Assembly (NCBI GenBank): GCA_963696725.1
Contig: CAVOLI010000007.1
Coordinates: 275,285-339,284 of the forward strand
DNA length: 64,000 nt
Source of the DNA: an uncultured delta proteobacterium
GTDB taxonomy: Bacteria > Desulfobacterota > Desulfobulbia > Desulfobulbales > Desulfocapsaceae
Reading direction: 5' to 3'
Below are positions 7,719 through 17,200 of the stretch, piece by piece; positions within the stretch are counted from its first letter, which is position 1, and each line of letters starts with the position of its first letter. A model generated the notes under the pieces. The model did not search any database. It saw only the letters and a program-made list of their open reading frames with translations, and was not told the DNA's origin. A program made the translations under genes and the position numbers.

Positions 7719-9983
7719 ATGGATAAAAAATATTGCGCCTATTTGTGCTCTGGTTGCGGTATCGGTGATGCGCTCGACATGGAAGCGCTTGCCGGGGTTG
7801 TGACCGGAGAAATGTCCATGGAGTGTAAAACGCATGACTGTCTCTGTGGAGCTGCAGGAAGATCCCTGATTGAAAAGGATATCGCCGATAACGGGGTGAA
7901 CACCTTTATCATCGGGGCATGCTCCCCGCGTGTCATGAAGAACGAGTTCGATTTCGGGGAAGACAAGATCACCGTACGGGCAAATCTGCGCGAGCAGGTG
8001 GTCTGGGCCGAAGCAAAACCTGCAGAAGGGGAAGAGCCCTCGGCAGAAGCTGCCGAGTATCTCATGGAGACCGCCTCTGATTACATGCGCATGGGTTGTA
8101 CCCGAGCGAAGAAAACAGAGTTGCCGAAAGCCTACCTGCTGGAAAACCTGAGCAGAAAAATTCTCGTCATGGGCGGTGGTATCGCCGGTCTGACCGCGGC
8201 AAAGGAAGCTGCGGCGGCCGGATTTGAAGTGACGCTTGTCGAGAAGGAAGGCGTGCTTGGAGGAAAAGCTGCAGGGTGGAGAAAATCATTCCCGACAAAA
8301 GCGCCCTGGACCGATCTTGAAGAGAATCCTGTGGACGCACTGATTGCTGCGGTGACTGCTGAAGACAGGATTACCATAAAAACAGATACCGAAGTTGCCC
8401 GTATTGCCGGTTCGCCCGGTGAATTCAGGGTAACGTTTAAAGCTGCCGGAAAAATAACCGAGTGGGATGCGCCCGCAAAAGTAACATCAGAGCAGATGGA
8501 GAAGATAGAAAAGGGCGAGATGGAAGATCCGAATAAGGGATTGAAACGCTATGTCGATATCGACACTTCCGCCGAGTTGCATGGAGCTGTTGTTCTCGCT
8601 ACCGGGTGGGTTCCTGCCGATGTCGCGGAGTATGATCACCTGGGGTACGGATCCATCAAAAATGTTGTGACCAACGTTGAGTTCGAGGAACTGGCAAAAA
8701 ACGGCAAAGTACCGGCAAATGTCGCTTTTATACAGAGCCCCGGCGGAAAGGATCACGATAAGGACTTTCCGTATTGCAACTCGGTAACCTCGATGGTTGC
8801 CCTGAAACAGGCACAGTATGTGTGTGAGGATAACGAGGAAGGCATGGCATACGTGCTGTATCAGCATATGCGTACCCCTGGCAGCCAGGAAATGTATTAC
8901 AAGAGAGCACAGGAAACCGACGGTATTTTTCTCACTAAGGCCAGTGTAACCAAAATTCAGGAGAATGGTGCTAAACTCTCGGTTACTGCGGAGGATACAC
9001 TTCTCGGTGAAGATTTGACCATCGATGTGGATATGGTCGTTCTCGCTGCCGGGATGGTCCCGACCACCAAGGAACAGAACACTATCAATCTTGCCTATCG
9101 TCAGGGACCGGCGTTCTCTGATCTGTCACTTTTCGACGGTTATGCCGATTCGCACTTTATCTGTTTTCCCTATGAGACGCGACGGACCGGCGTCTACACC
9201 TGTGGCGGCGTCAGGAAAGCCGAAACCATTGAAGAAACAGTCGATGATGCAACAGGGGCGGCGTTAAAAGCGATCCAGTGCCTTGAATCTGTCGACCGCG
9301 GCGTTTCCGTTCATCCAAGATCCGGAGATGCTACCTATCCTGAATTCTTCATGCAGCGCTGCACACAGTGCAAGCGATGTACAGAGGAATGTCCGTTTGG
9401 CGCGCTTGATGACGATGAAAAAGGCACGCCGCTGCCCAACAATACCCGGTGCCGTCGCTGCGGTACCTGTATGGGGTCCTGCCCCGAGCGCATCATCGGC
9501 TTCAAGGATTACAATATCGATCTGATCGGCTCGATGATCAAGTCAGTGGAAGTTCCGGAAGAAGATGATAATCGTCTGAGGATTCTTGTTTTTGTCTGCG
9601 AGAATGACGCCTATCCGGCACTCGACATGGCTGGGATGAAACGCCACGGTATCAATCACATGATCCGTTTTATACCGGTCCGTTGTCTTGGCTCCGTGAA
9701 TATGGCCTGGATTCGCGATGCACTGTCGGCAGGCATGGACGGTGCAATGCTGCTTGGCTGTACCTATGGTGATGACTACCAGTGTCATTTTGTGAAGGGC
9801 TCTGAAATTGCTACTAAACGTATGGAAAATATTGGTGACACGCTCTCAACGCTTGGACTCGAGTCAGAGCGTTGTGCAACTGAACAGGTTGCGATAACCG
9901 ATTACGACAAAATTCCTCAGATTTTGAATGATTTTGTAGAGGAAATCGTTGAAATGGGTCCGAATCCGTTTAAAGGCTTCTAA
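7719..9983 (+). CDS. qmoB: QmoB (HdrA-like flavoprotein with ferredoxin and MvhD-like C-terminal domains)
   Basis: 754 aa with a second FAD fold (ILVMGGGIAGLTAAKEAAAAG), two CxxCxxCxxxCP ferredoxin motifs (CTQCKRCTEECP, CRRCGTCMGSCP) and an MvhD-like tail. Synteny supports the call. Confidence 0.88.
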   Translation: MDKKYCAYLCSGCGIGDALDMEALAGVVTGEMSMECKTHDCLCGAAGRSLIEKDIADNGVNTFIIGACSPRVMKNEFDFGEDKITVRANLREQVVWAEAKPAEGEEPSAEAAEYLMETASDYMRMGCTRAKKTELPKAYLLENLSRKILVMGGGIAGLTAAKEAAAAGFEVTLVEKEGVLGGKAAGWRKSFPTKAPWTDLEENPVDALIAAVTAEDRITIKTDTEVARIAGSPGEFRVTFKAAGKITEWDAPAKVTSEQMEKIEKGEMEDPNKGLKRYVDIDTSAELHGAVVLATGWVPADVAEYDHLGYGSIKNVVTNVEFEELAKNGKVPANVAFIQSPGGKDHDKDFPYCNSVTSMVALKQAQYVCEDNEEGMAYVLYQHMRTPGSQEMYYKRAQETDGIFLTKASVTKIQENGAKLSVTAEDTLLGEDLTIDVDMVVLAAGMVPTTKEQNTINLAYRQGPAFSDLSLFDGYADSHFICFPYETRRTGVYTCGGVRKAETIEETVDDATGAALKAIQCLESVDRGVSVHPRSGDATYPEFFMQRCTQCKRCTEECPFGALDDDEKGTPLPNNTRCRRCGTCMGSCPERIIGFKDYNIDLIGSMIKSVEVPEEDDNRLRILVFVCENDAYPALDMAGMKRHGINHMIRFIPVRCLGSVNMAWIRDALSAGMDGAMLLGCTYGDDYQCHFVKGSEIATKRMENIGDTLSTLGLESERCATEQVAITDYDKIPQILNDFVEEIVEMGPNPFKGF

Positions 9984-9999
9984 CCTGTTTTTTATCATG

Positions 10000-10032
10000 A
10001 TTGAGCCGCATGCCTCTGGTTTGCGGCTCAAT
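10000..10032 (+). promoter_or_regulatory. intercistronic hairpin between qmoB and qmoC
   Basis: 11-bp perfect stem ATTGAGCCGCA / TGCGGCTCAAT with an 11-nt loop and no U-tract. Confidence 0.35.
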
Positions 10033-10090
10033 ATCAGGCTGAGTGTGCCAGAAAAATGGCTTTTATTGATAAGATAACAGGAGGCAAAAA

Positions 10091-11293
10091 ATGAACGTCC
10101 AACCTGATTTAAAATTTATTAAATATTTAAAAGGGGCAGGTGGTGATACGCTGAAGAAGTGTTACCAGTGTGCAACCTGCTCTGTGCGTTGTCCTCTGTC
10201 CTCTGATGACAAACCGTTTCCGCGCAAGGAGATGATCTGGTCCGGCTGGGGTATGAAGGAAAATCTCATCGCTGACCCCGATGTGTTTTTATGCCATAAT
10301 TGTGGTGACTGCTCTACCTACTGCCCGCGAGGAGCCAAACCCTCTGAGGTGCTCGGCGCTATCCGGGCCTATGCCTATACCTTTTATGGCTGGCCCAGCG
10401 GGCTATCCAAACTGGCATCCTCTGCGAAAGGTTTGCCGATGCTGATCGGCATTCCTGCTGTAATTATCTTTGTTTTCTGGCTCATTTCCGGCGCCATGCA
10501 TATTCCCTCAGGGGAGGAATTCGCCACCTACGGCTACCAGAGATTTTTCGGTCATTGGGATTTTAAATGGTATGCCAAGAACATCTTTTTTATTGTTATG
10601 TTCATGGTGCCTTCCGTCTGTATTGCCCTTTTTTCTCTGTATAAAGGGCTGACAAAATTGTGGAAGGATATGGCCGCGAGGGGCAACATCACATCTAATT
10701 TCAGGCCTTCCGTTGTTCAGTTTGTAACCGATTACCTGTGGCCGTCAATCGTCGAGATCTTTACCCACAAGCGCTTTAAGGAGTGCGGCACCAACGATAA
10801 TCGCGTAACCGGCCATCTGCCGCTGATGCTCGCCTTTGTCGGGCTTTTTATCGTTACCTGCTGGTCGCTGCTCAAGAATGATGTTATCGGTCTGTTTCTG
10901 CCCTCCTGGCACGGCCCGATGCTGTTGTACGATCCATTCAAGATTCTTGCAAACGTCTCGGCAATTGCGCTGCTTTTCGGTGTCTGGGTCCTGTGGACCA
11001 ACCGGACAAAATCAGAGGGTGAGGGAGCCTCCAGTAAAACCTTCTACGACTGGTTTTTGATCTGGGAAATCATGGCTGTCGGCGTCACCGGCTTTGGAGC
11101 GGAAATCATCAGGCTGCTCGGCATGCCTGCGCTCGGTTACACGGTTTATTTCCTTCACCTGGTAGCCGTTATGATGCTTTTTCTCTACATGCCGTATACC
11201 AAGTTTGCCCATATCGCCTATCGTACCACGGCGATGGCTTTTGAGAAGTACCGGGAAAGCGCTTTTGGAAAGCCGGTGGTCGAGCAGGAATAA
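10091..11293 (+). CDS. qmoC: QmoC (HdrC-like FeS domain fused to HdrE-like membrane cytochrome b domain)
   Basis: The N-terminus has two Cys clusters (CYQCATCSVRCP, CHNCGDCSTYCP), followed by about 6 TM helices. Third gene of the apr-linked qmo cluster. Confidence 0.88.
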   Translation: MNVQPDLKFIKYLKGAGGDTLKKCYQCATCSVRCPLSSDDKPFPRKEMIWSGWGMKENLIADPDVFLCHNCGDCSTYCPRGAKPSEVLGAIRAYAYTFYGWPSGLSKLASSAKGLPMLIGIPAVIIFVFWLISGAMHIPSGEEFATYGYQRFFGHWDFKWYAKNIFFIVMFMVPSVCIALFSLYKGLTKLWKDMAARGNITSNFRPSVVQFVTDYLWPSIVEIFTHKRFKECGTNDNRVTGHLPLMLAFVGLFIVTCWSLLKNDVIGLFLPSWHGPMLLYDPFKILANVSAIALLFGVWVLWTNRTKSEGEGASSKTFYDWFLIWEIMAVGVTGFGAEIIRLLGMPALGYTVYFLHLVAVMMLFLYMPYTKFAHIAYRTTAMAFEKYRESAFGKPVVEQE

Positions 11294-11318
11294 TTTTCGC
11301 TCATCCGGCAGTTGCCAT

Positions 11319-11365
11319 AAAGGCCCCGGTTTGTTTACAGACAGACCGGGGCCTTTTGTCTTTGT
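11319..11365 (+). terminator. Rho-independent terminator after qmoC
   Basis: 16-bp GC-rich stem (AAAGGCCCCGGTTTGT / ACAGACCGGGGCCTTT, one G-U pair), 6-nt loop, then TTTTGTCTTTG. Confidence 0.75.
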
Positions 11366-11398
11366 GATGATAAAAACAAGAAGTGTGCCAAAAAAATA

Positions 11399-11427
11399 TT
11401 GCTATATAAATTATGAAGGAGTATATT
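11399..11427 (+). promoter_or_regulatory. sigma70-type promoter for the tRNA-tuf operon (TTGCTA-17-TATATT)
   Basis: TTGCTA at 11399-11404, a 17-nt spacer, TATATT at 11422-11427. An A-rich UP-like tract lies upstream. The first tRNA starts at 11442. Confidence 0.45.
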
Positions 11428-11441
11428 TATCAGCTTTGTAA

Positions 11442-11517
11442 GCTGGCGTAGCTCAATTGGCAGAGCAGCTGATTTGTAATCAGCAGGTTGCGGGTTCAAG
11501 TCCCATCGCCAGCTCCA
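11442..11517 (+). tRNA. tRNA-Thr (anticodon UGU)
   Basis: Manual cloverleaf: acceptor GCTGGCG/CGCCAGC, anticodon arm GCTGA-TTTGTAA-TCAGC, T-loop GGTTCAAGTCC, encoded CCA. 76 nt. Confidence 0.93.
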
Positions 11518-11585
11518 TGGAAATGACTACTTGTAAAATATCAGTAATGTTATAAAGGTATTACGACCTAATTAGAATGATTTGT

Positions 11586-11670
11586 GGAGGGGTTCCCGAG
11601 CGGTCAAAGGGAACAGACTGTAAATCTGTCGGCGGAGCCTTCGGAGGTTCGAATCCTCCCCCCTCCACCA
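11586..11670 (+). tRNA. tRNA-Tyr (anticodon GUA)
   Basis: Acceptor GGAGGGG/CCCCTCC, anticodon loop CTGTAAA, long variable arm, T-arm GGAGG-TTCGAAT-CCTCC, encoded CCA. 85 nt. Confidence 0.93.
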
Positions 11671-11700
11671 TTCATCATTCTCTTTAGGTCTTGTTTTTCT

Positions 11701-11776
11701 GCGGGAATAGCTCAATTGGTAGAGCATCAGCCTTCCAAGCTGAGGGTTGCGAGTTCGAGTCTCGTTTCCCGCTCCA
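11701..11776 (+). tRNA. tRNA-Gly (anticodon UCC)
   Basis: Acceptor GCGGGAA/TTCCCGC, anticodon loop CTTCCAA, T-loop GTTCGAGTC, encoded CCA. 76 nt. Confidence 0.93.
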
Positions 11777-11793
11777 GGTGGTATGCAGTGTAC

Positions 11794-11869
<76 letters not shown>

Positions 11870-11920
11870 GGGACAAGAAGAAGCAACTGGTTAAGAAACT
11901 TCAATGGCCTGAGGAGACAG

Positions 11921-13108
11921 GAAGATGTCAAAGGTGAAATTTGAAAGGACGAAGCCGCACGTCAATGTTGGAACAATCGGACATATCGATCACGGCAAGA
12001 CGACATTAACGGCAGCGATTACACGGGTATTGTCACTAAAGGGTCAGGCCAAATTCACTGATTTCAGTGAAATTGACAAAGCGCCTGAAGAAAAAGAGCG
12101 TGGAATCACGATTGCGACTGCTCACGTAGAATACGAGACAGTCAATCGTCATTATGCCCACGTCGATTGCCCCGGTCATGCAGACTATATCAAGAACATG
12201 ATCACCGGTGCAGCCCAGATGGATGGTGCGATCCTGGTGGTTGCCGCAACAGACGGTGCAATGCCCCAGACCCGGGAGCATATCCTTCTTGCGCGTCAGG
12301 TGGGCGTCCCGGCGATGGTCGTTTTTCTGAACAAGTGCGACATGGTTGACGACGACGAACTGATCGAACTGGTCGACATGGAGCTTCGCGAGCTGCTTGA
12401 CAAGTATGAGTTTCCCGGAGACGATATCCCGTTTGTCCAGGGGTCCGCACTTCATGCCCTTGAGAATCCCGAAGACGAGGACAAGGCCAAGTGCATCTGG
12501 GAGCTGATGGACGCGATCGACAACTATATCCCCGAACCAAAACGGGAGGTTGATCTGCCGTTTTTGATGCCTGTCGAGGATGTGTTCTCGATATCAGGGC
12601 GTGGAACGGTAGCGACCGGTCGAATCGAGCGTGGTGTGATCCATGTTGGTAACGAGGTTGAGATCGTTGGGATTCGGAAGACCCAGAAGACGGTAGTTAC
12701 CGGTGTTGAGATGTTCCGTAAACTCCTTGACCAGGGTCAGGCCGGCGACAACGTCGGTGTTTTGCTCCGTGGCACCAAGCGAGATGAGGTTGAACGAGGT
12801 CAGGTTCTGGCAGCGGCGGGTTCAATCACGCCGCACACGAAGTTCAAGGCCGAGTGTTATATTTTGAGCAAGGATGAGGGTGGTCGTCATACGCCGTTTT
12901 TCAATGGCTACCGTCCACAGTTCTATTTCCGCACCACCGATGTTACCGGCGTGGTAACGTTGGCAGATGGAGTGGAGATGGTAATGCCCGGCGACAATAT
13001 TTCGATAGATGCCGAGCTGATCACGCCGATCGCGATGGATGTCGGTCTTCGCTTTGCAATACGCGAAGGCGGCCGTACCGTCGGTGCCGGGGTTATCAGT
13101 GAAATCGT
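11921..13108 (+). repeat. 1188-bp direct repeat, copy A (tuf duplication)
   Basis: Matches 28682..29869 at offset 16761. By-eye comparison found only two mismatches (12650 T vs 29411 C; 13004 G vs 29765 A), both synonymous. Confidence 0.9.
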
Positions 13109-13115
13109 TTCCTAA
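11925..13115 (+). CDS. tuf: elongation factor Tu (copy 1, tufB-like position)
   Basis: [31 protein letters not shown]..., G-domain motifs ([17 protein letters not shown]). 396 aa. Confidence 0.97.
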   Translation: MSKVKFERTKPHVNVGTIGHIDHGKTTLTAAITRVLSLKGQAKFTDFSEIDKAPEEKERGITIATAHVEYETVNRHYAHVDCPGHADYIKNMITGAAQMDGAILVVAATDGAMPQTREHILLARQVGVPAMVVFLNKCDMVDDDELIELVDMELRELLDKYEFPGDDIPFVQGSALHALENPEDEDKAKCIWELMDAIDNYIPEPKREVDLPFLMPVEDVFSISGRGTVATGRIERGVIHVGNEVEIVGIRKTQKTVVTGVEMFRKLLDQGQAGDNVGVLLRGTKRDEVERGQVLAAAGSITPHTKFKAECYILSKDEGGRHTPFFNGYRPQFYFRTTDVTGVVTLADGVEMVMPGDNISIDAELITPIAMDVGLRFAIREGGRTVGAGVISEIVS

Positions 13116-13135
13116 TAATCCGTAACACAGATCGT

Positions 13136-13173
13136 ATTACCCTGCTCCTCTGGAGGAGCAGGGTAATTTTTTT
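13136..13173 (+). terminator. Rho-independent terminator after tuf copy 1
   Basis: 13-bp perfect stem ATTACCCTGCTCC / GGAGCAGGGTAAT, 6-nt loop, followed by TTTTTTT. Confidence 0.8.
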
Positions 13174-13193
13174 CTGTAATAGGCTAGCAAGAT

Positions 13194-13343
13194 ATGAGAG
13201 ATATAATTACCCTTGCATGTGGTACATGCAAGCGTCGAAACTATACCACGACGAAAAACAAGAAAAATACTCCGGGTAAGCTTGAGCTGAGTAAGTATTG
13301 TCCGTTTTGCAGAGTTCATACTCCGCACAAGGAGACGAAGTAA
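13194..13343 (+). CDS. rpmG: 50S ribosomal protein L33
   Basis: Hand-translated 49-aa ORF, too short to appear in the supplied ORF track: [49 protein letters not shown]. Zn-ribbon CxxC...CxxC form. Canonical position before tRNA-Trp-secE-nusG. Confidence 0.9.
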   Translation: MRDIITLACGTCKRRNYTTTKNKKNTPGKLELSKYCPFCRVHTPHKETK

Positions 13344-13353
13344 TTACTCCTGC

Positions 13354-13430
13354 AGGCCAGTAGCTCGAATTGGTAGAGCACCGGACTCCAAATCCGGGGG
13401 CTGGGGGTTCGAATCCCTCCTGGCCTGCCA
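13354..13430 (+). tRNA. tRNA-Trp (anticodon CCA)
   Basis: Acceptor AGGCCAG/CTGGCCT, anticodon arm CCGGA-CTCCAAA-TCCGG, T-loop GGTTCGAATCC, encoded CCA. 77 nt. Confidence 0.92.
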
Positions 13431-13480
13431 GAAGAATGCAACTATTACCGGGCAACTTCAAAATCAGGTACGGTGCTAGA

Positions 13481-13732
13481 ATGGCTGGTAAAGCAAAAGA
13501 AAAGAAAAGCAGTGGAGATGTCAAAGGGGCACAGCCTTCTCCGTTTTCGCCCGGTCAGATAAAAAAATTTGCAGGCGAAGTACAGGCTGAATTCACCAAG
13601 ATTGTCTGGCCGGATAAGAAGGTGACCCTCGGGCTGACCGGCATGGTTATTCTGCTGGCACTAATAGTCTCCGCGTACCTCGGTACAGTCGATGTGCTGC
13701 TGGGTAAGCTGGTTTCAACGATTTTGCGTTAA
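13481..13732 (+). CDS. secE: preprotein translocase subunit SecE
   Basis: 83 aa from ATG 13481, with a basic N-terminus and a single C-terminal TM helix (LGLTGMVILLALIVSAYLG). The ORF-track start 13370 overlaps tRNA-Trp. Position before nusG. Confidence 0.85.
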   Translation: MAGKAKEKKSSGDVKGAQPSPFSPGQIKKFAGEVQAEFTKIVWPDKKVTLGLTGMVILLALIVSAYLGTVDVLLGKLVSTILR

Positions 13733-13814
13733 GGTAATCATTACGAGCATGGTTTCAGCAAACCCTTTTCTGTTGAAACCGTTTTCTGTACTCATTTGAG
13801 ATAACGGCATATAC

Positions 13815-14348
13815 ATGGCAAGACAATGGTACATACTGCAAGTTCATTCCGGCTTTGAAGAACGGGTGAAGGCAACGCTTGAAGAACGCATAGCCAAAGA
13901 AGGGCTGGAAGAGCTTTTTGGGCAGATTCTTGTTCCCACCGAGCAGGTAGTGGAGATGATCAAGGGCTCCCGTAAAACATCATCGCGGCGCTTTTTTCCC
14001 GGCTATATGCTTGTCAGTATGGAGCTCAACGACACTACCTGGCACACGATTCACAGAGATATGCCCCGTGTCGTCGGGTTTGTCGGCGATGATCTGAACC
14101 CTGTACCGCTCTCTGATGAGGATGCAGGTAAGATTATCGGCAGGATTCAGGACGGTTCTGAGCGGCCGAGGCCAAAAGTTGTTTTCGATATCGGCGAAGT
14201 GGTCAGGGTCATCGATGGCCCGTTTGCCAATTTTCAAGGTGTTGTTGATGAGGTTTTTCCTGAAAAGGGACGGGTCAAAGTCATGGTTTCAATTTTTGGC
14301 CGGGAAACACCTGTTGAACTGGAATTTGTACAGGTATCAAATACCTGA
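13815..14348 (+). CDS. nusG: transcription termination/antitermination factor NusG
   Basis: MARQWYILQVHSGFEERV..., NGN domain plus C-terminal KOW (VRVIDGPFANFQGVVDEV). Confidence 0.95.
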   Translation: MARQWYILQVHSGFEERVKATLEERIAKEGLEELFGQILVPTEQVVEMIKGSRKTSSRRFFPGYMLVSMELNDTTWHTIHRDMPRVVGFVGDDLNPVPLSDEDAGKIIGRIQDGSERPRPKVVFDIGEVVRVIDGPFANFQGVVDEVFPEKGRVKVMVSIFGRETPVELEFVQVSNT

Positions 14349-14427
14349 TAAAAAATATCGGGAATCCACAGCGAGGGTTTCCCTGTTACGTTCTCTGTGA
14401 GAATATCACACTTGTTGGAGTAGAAAA

Positions 14428-14853
14428 ATGGCCAAGAAAGTAATGGCATACATTAAGCTTCAGATTCCTGCCGGTAAAGCAAATCCATCTCCGCCGGTCG
14501 GTCCGGCTCTTGGACAGCACGGCGTTAACATCATGGAATTCTGCAAGGCGTTTAATGCCAAAACCCAGTCCATGGGAGATACCATCGTTCCTGTTGTCAT
14601 CACCGTATTTCAGGACCGCTCTTTCAGTTATATCACCAAGACTCCCCCGGCAGCAGTTTTGCTGCTTAAGGCGGCAAATGTTTCCAAAGGTTCAGGAAAT
14701 CCAAAACGCGAGCGTGTTGCGGAGTTGAGCCGGGACAAAGTCCGTGAGATTGCTGAGATCAAGATGCCTGACCTGAATGCGTACGATATAGAAGGAGCCA
14801 TGCGTATTGTTGAAGGTACTGCACGCAGTGCAGGCATTACCATCGTAGATTAG
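14428..14853 (+). CDS. rplK: 50S ribosomal protein L11
   Basis: [43 protein letters not shown] is the canonical L11 sequence. Confidence 0.97.
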   Translation: MAKKVMAYIKLQIPAGKANPSPPVGPALGQHGVNIMEFCKAFNAKTQSMGDTIVPVVITVFQDRSFSYITKTPPAAVLLLKAANVSKGSGNPKRERVAELSRDKVREIAEIKMPDLNAYDIEGAMRIVEGTARSAGITIVD

Positions 14854-14927
14854 CAGACCGAGTAAGACTAACATTTACTACGTACGCGGCCGGCTTTTCG
14901 TCGGTACTCGTGCAGTAGGAGGCTGTC

Positions 14928-15632
14928 ATGCCGAAACATGGAAAAAACTACAGAAACAAGATAAAAGATATTGATAAAGGGGCGTTACGGACCATTGACG
15001 AGGCGATCAAGATCATGATCGATTCGTCATACGCCAAGTTTGACGAGACGGTGGATATTGCCGTAAAGCTAGGTGTCGATCCACGTCATGCCGATCAGAT
15101 GGTGCGCTCATCTGTTGTCCTGCCTCATGGGACGGGAAAAACGACCCGCGTTCTCGTCTTTGCAAAAGGACCCAAGGAAGCAGAGGCCACTGAAGCCGGG
15201 GCCGACTATGTGGGTTCAGACGAACTGGTAGAAAAAATTCAGGGCGGCTGGCTTGAATTTGACAAAACGGTTGCAACCCCTGACATGATGGGTACCGTTG
15301 GTAAGCTTGGCCGAGTCCTCGGCCCACGGAATCTCATGCCAAATGCAAAACTCGGTACCGTCACCTTTGATCTTGCCAATATCATAAAAGAGATCAAAGG
15401 CGGGAAGGTTGACTTTCGTGTTGATAAGGCTGGTATCGTCCATGCTGGAATCGGAAAGGTTTCTTTTGGTCCTGAAAAGGTTTATGAAAACGCTCTGGCC
15501 TTTGTTGAGAAACTGGTGCAACTCAAACCGTCGTCAAGCAAGGGCATTTACCTGAGATCCATCGCTGTCTCATCAACAATGGGACCTGGCTTCAAGATCG
15601 ATACACTTGACGTCAGAACCCGCATTAAATAG
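14928..15632 (+). CDS. rplA: 50S ribosomal protein L1
   Basis: 234 aa, L1 motifs ([39 protein letters not shown]), rplK-rplA order. Confidence 0.97.
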   Translation: MPKHGKNYRNKIKDIDKGALRTIDEAIKIMIDSSYAKFDETVDIAVKLGVDPRHADQMVRSSVVLPHGTGKTTRVLVFAKGPKEAEATEAGADYVGSDELVEKIQGGWLEFDKTVATPDMMGTVGKLGRVLGPRNLMPNAKLGTVTFDLANIIKEIKGGKVDFRVDKAGIVHAGIGKVSFGPEKVYENALAFVEKLVQLKPSSSKGIYLRSIAVSSTMGPGFKIDTLDVRTRIK

Positions 15633-15831
15633 AGCGTACAAGTAGGTAAGAGAAGGTGTCTGCTGGACGGCAGACACATCAAGTCGAAGACAGCAGGCAC
15701 GACAGTTTAATCGGCGTAATAGCCGCCCTGCCGAGACTCAAGTTGAGTGGTGTTTCGTCTTATGACAACCAGTCATTTTGTAACTGCTGTTTCGAGAACG
15801 TGTTAATCTTAACAAGACGTAGGAGGGTAAT
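15633..15831 (+). promoter_or_regulatory. rplJ (L10) untranslated leader region
   Basis: 199-nt non-coding spacer before rplJ with an 8-bp hairpin GTGTCTGC / GCAGACAC at 15656-15677. By analogy, this is where L10-(L12)4 autoregulation acts in other bacteria. Confidence 0.4.
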
Positions 15832-16353
15832 TTGAATCGTGATCAAAAATCAGCAATAGTCGCTGAATTGAACGAAATGTTCAACCGGGCGAAGTTTTCT
15901 GTCGTCGCAGACTATTGTGGATTAAAGGTCTCAGAGCTGGAAAAAGTCAGGAAAGAACTTCGTGGCTGTGACACTGAGATCCGCATTGCCAAAAATACTC
16001 TTCTGAAAAGAGCAGTTGCCGACACCGCCTGTGAGTCTTTAGTCGAGGACTTTTCAGGGACAACAGCCATTGTTGTGGCCTATGATGATCCGGTATCTCC
16101 AGCCAGAGTGCTGGCCAAGTTTGCCGAGGATCATAAGAAATTCGAGTTGCGGTCTGCTGTTCTTGAGGGAGAGAAAATCACTACAGACAAAATTATCGCT
16201 TTGTCGAAATTACCGACCAGAGAGATCCTTCTTGGTCAGTTACTGTCAGTGATGAATGGCGTGCCCACAGCTCTTGTTCGGGTCCTCTCAGGAGTACCGA
16301 GAACATTTCTTTATGGTTTGCAGGCGATCAAGGAGCAGAAAGAGCAGGCATAG
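15832..16353 (+). CDS. rplJ: 50S ribosomal protein L10
   Basis: TTG start 5 nt after AGGAGGG. (M)NRDQKSAIVAELNEMF... is a typical L10 N-terminus. Confidence 0.95.
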   Translation: MNRDQKSAIVAELNEMFNRAKFSVVADYCGLKVSELEKVRKELRGCDTEIRIAKNTLLKRAVADTACESLVEDFSGTTAIVVAYDDPVSPARVLAKFAEDHKKFELRSAVLEGEKITTDKIIALSKLPTREILLGQLLSVMNGVPTALVRVLSGVPRTFLYGLQAIKEQKEQA

Positions 16354-16418
16354 GTTGCATCTGTTCACTGGTCTTTCAAAAAACATTTTACAATCATCAT
16401 AGATAAAAGAGGAAAAAA

Positions 16419-16799
16419 ATGGCTGTTACAAAAGACGATGTAATTGAGTTTATTTCAAATATGAGTGTTCTTGAGCTGGCTGACATGATCAAAGAGCTCG
16501 AAGAGAAATTCGGCGTTTCTGCAGCAGCTCCTGTTGCCGTTGCTGCTGCCGGCGCTGCCGGTGCTGAGGCCGCTCCTGCTGAAGAGCAGACCGAATTTGA
16601 TGTGATCCTGGCCGGTGCCGGTGACCAGAAAATCAAGGTGATCAAGGAAGTTCGGGCAATCACCAGCCTTGGCCTCAAGGAAGCAAAAGAGCTCGTTGAG
16701 GGTGCACCTCAGCCTCTGAAGGAAGGCGTCACCAAGGAAGAAGCACAAGAAATCAAAGGGAAAATAGAAGCTGTCGGCGGAACTGTTGAAATAAAATAA
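16419..16799 (+). CDS. rplL: 50S ribosomal protein L7/L12
   Basis: Ala-rich hinge ([22 protein letters not shown]) and conserved C-terminal domain ([27 protein letters not shown]). Confidence 0.97.
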   Translation: MAVTKDDVIEFISNMSVLELADMIKELEEKFGVSAAAPVAVAAAGAAGAEAAPAEEQTEFDVILAGAGDQKIKVIKEVRAITSLGLKEAKELVEGAPQPLKEGVTKEEAQEIKGKIEAVGGTVEIK

Positions 16800-16848
16800 T
16801 CATGACGTTGACAGGGTGTCCCATAATTTGGGCACTGCTTGGAACTAA

Positions 16849-16890
16849 ACACGCTACGCACTTTGGTGCGTGGCGTGTCGTGTTTCCAGA
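16849..16890 (+). terminator. attenuator-like hairpin between rplL and rpoB
   Basis: 13-bp stem ACACGCTACGCAC / GTGCGTGGCGTGT (one G-U pair), loop TTTG, followed by a T-rich stretch. A partial terminator is known at this position in E. coli. Confidence 0.45.
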
Positions 16891-17200
16891 GGTTTGTTTT
16901 AGTCAAACCATAATGTTTTTTAAAAACAAGTAGTTACGCTGGATCTTTCGACGGCCCGTAGTTGGGCCCGGTCGTAACAAAGGTCACTAAGATGCATACT
17001 CGATGTATGGTTTGCTTTGCTGCACTACCGGTTGCTGCCTCCTGCTGCTCGACCTGTGACCAAGATATCAGCAGAAACATCCCATTTTTCATTTTCGCAC
17101 GTGATCTGATCAGCACGATCATCCGGCACATCCAGAGCGTACCTCTGGTGAGAAAAATTAACCGCAATATCACTGTCTTTAGACAATCTTGAGGACAATT

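Noticed and set aside
16962-17192. A 76-aa ORF in the rplL-rpoB spacer, plus the antisense ORF 16934..17257.
   Set aside because: No SD is present, the sequence is Cys-rich and low-complexity, and it lies in a region that is a known untranslated attenuator spacer in other bacteria.
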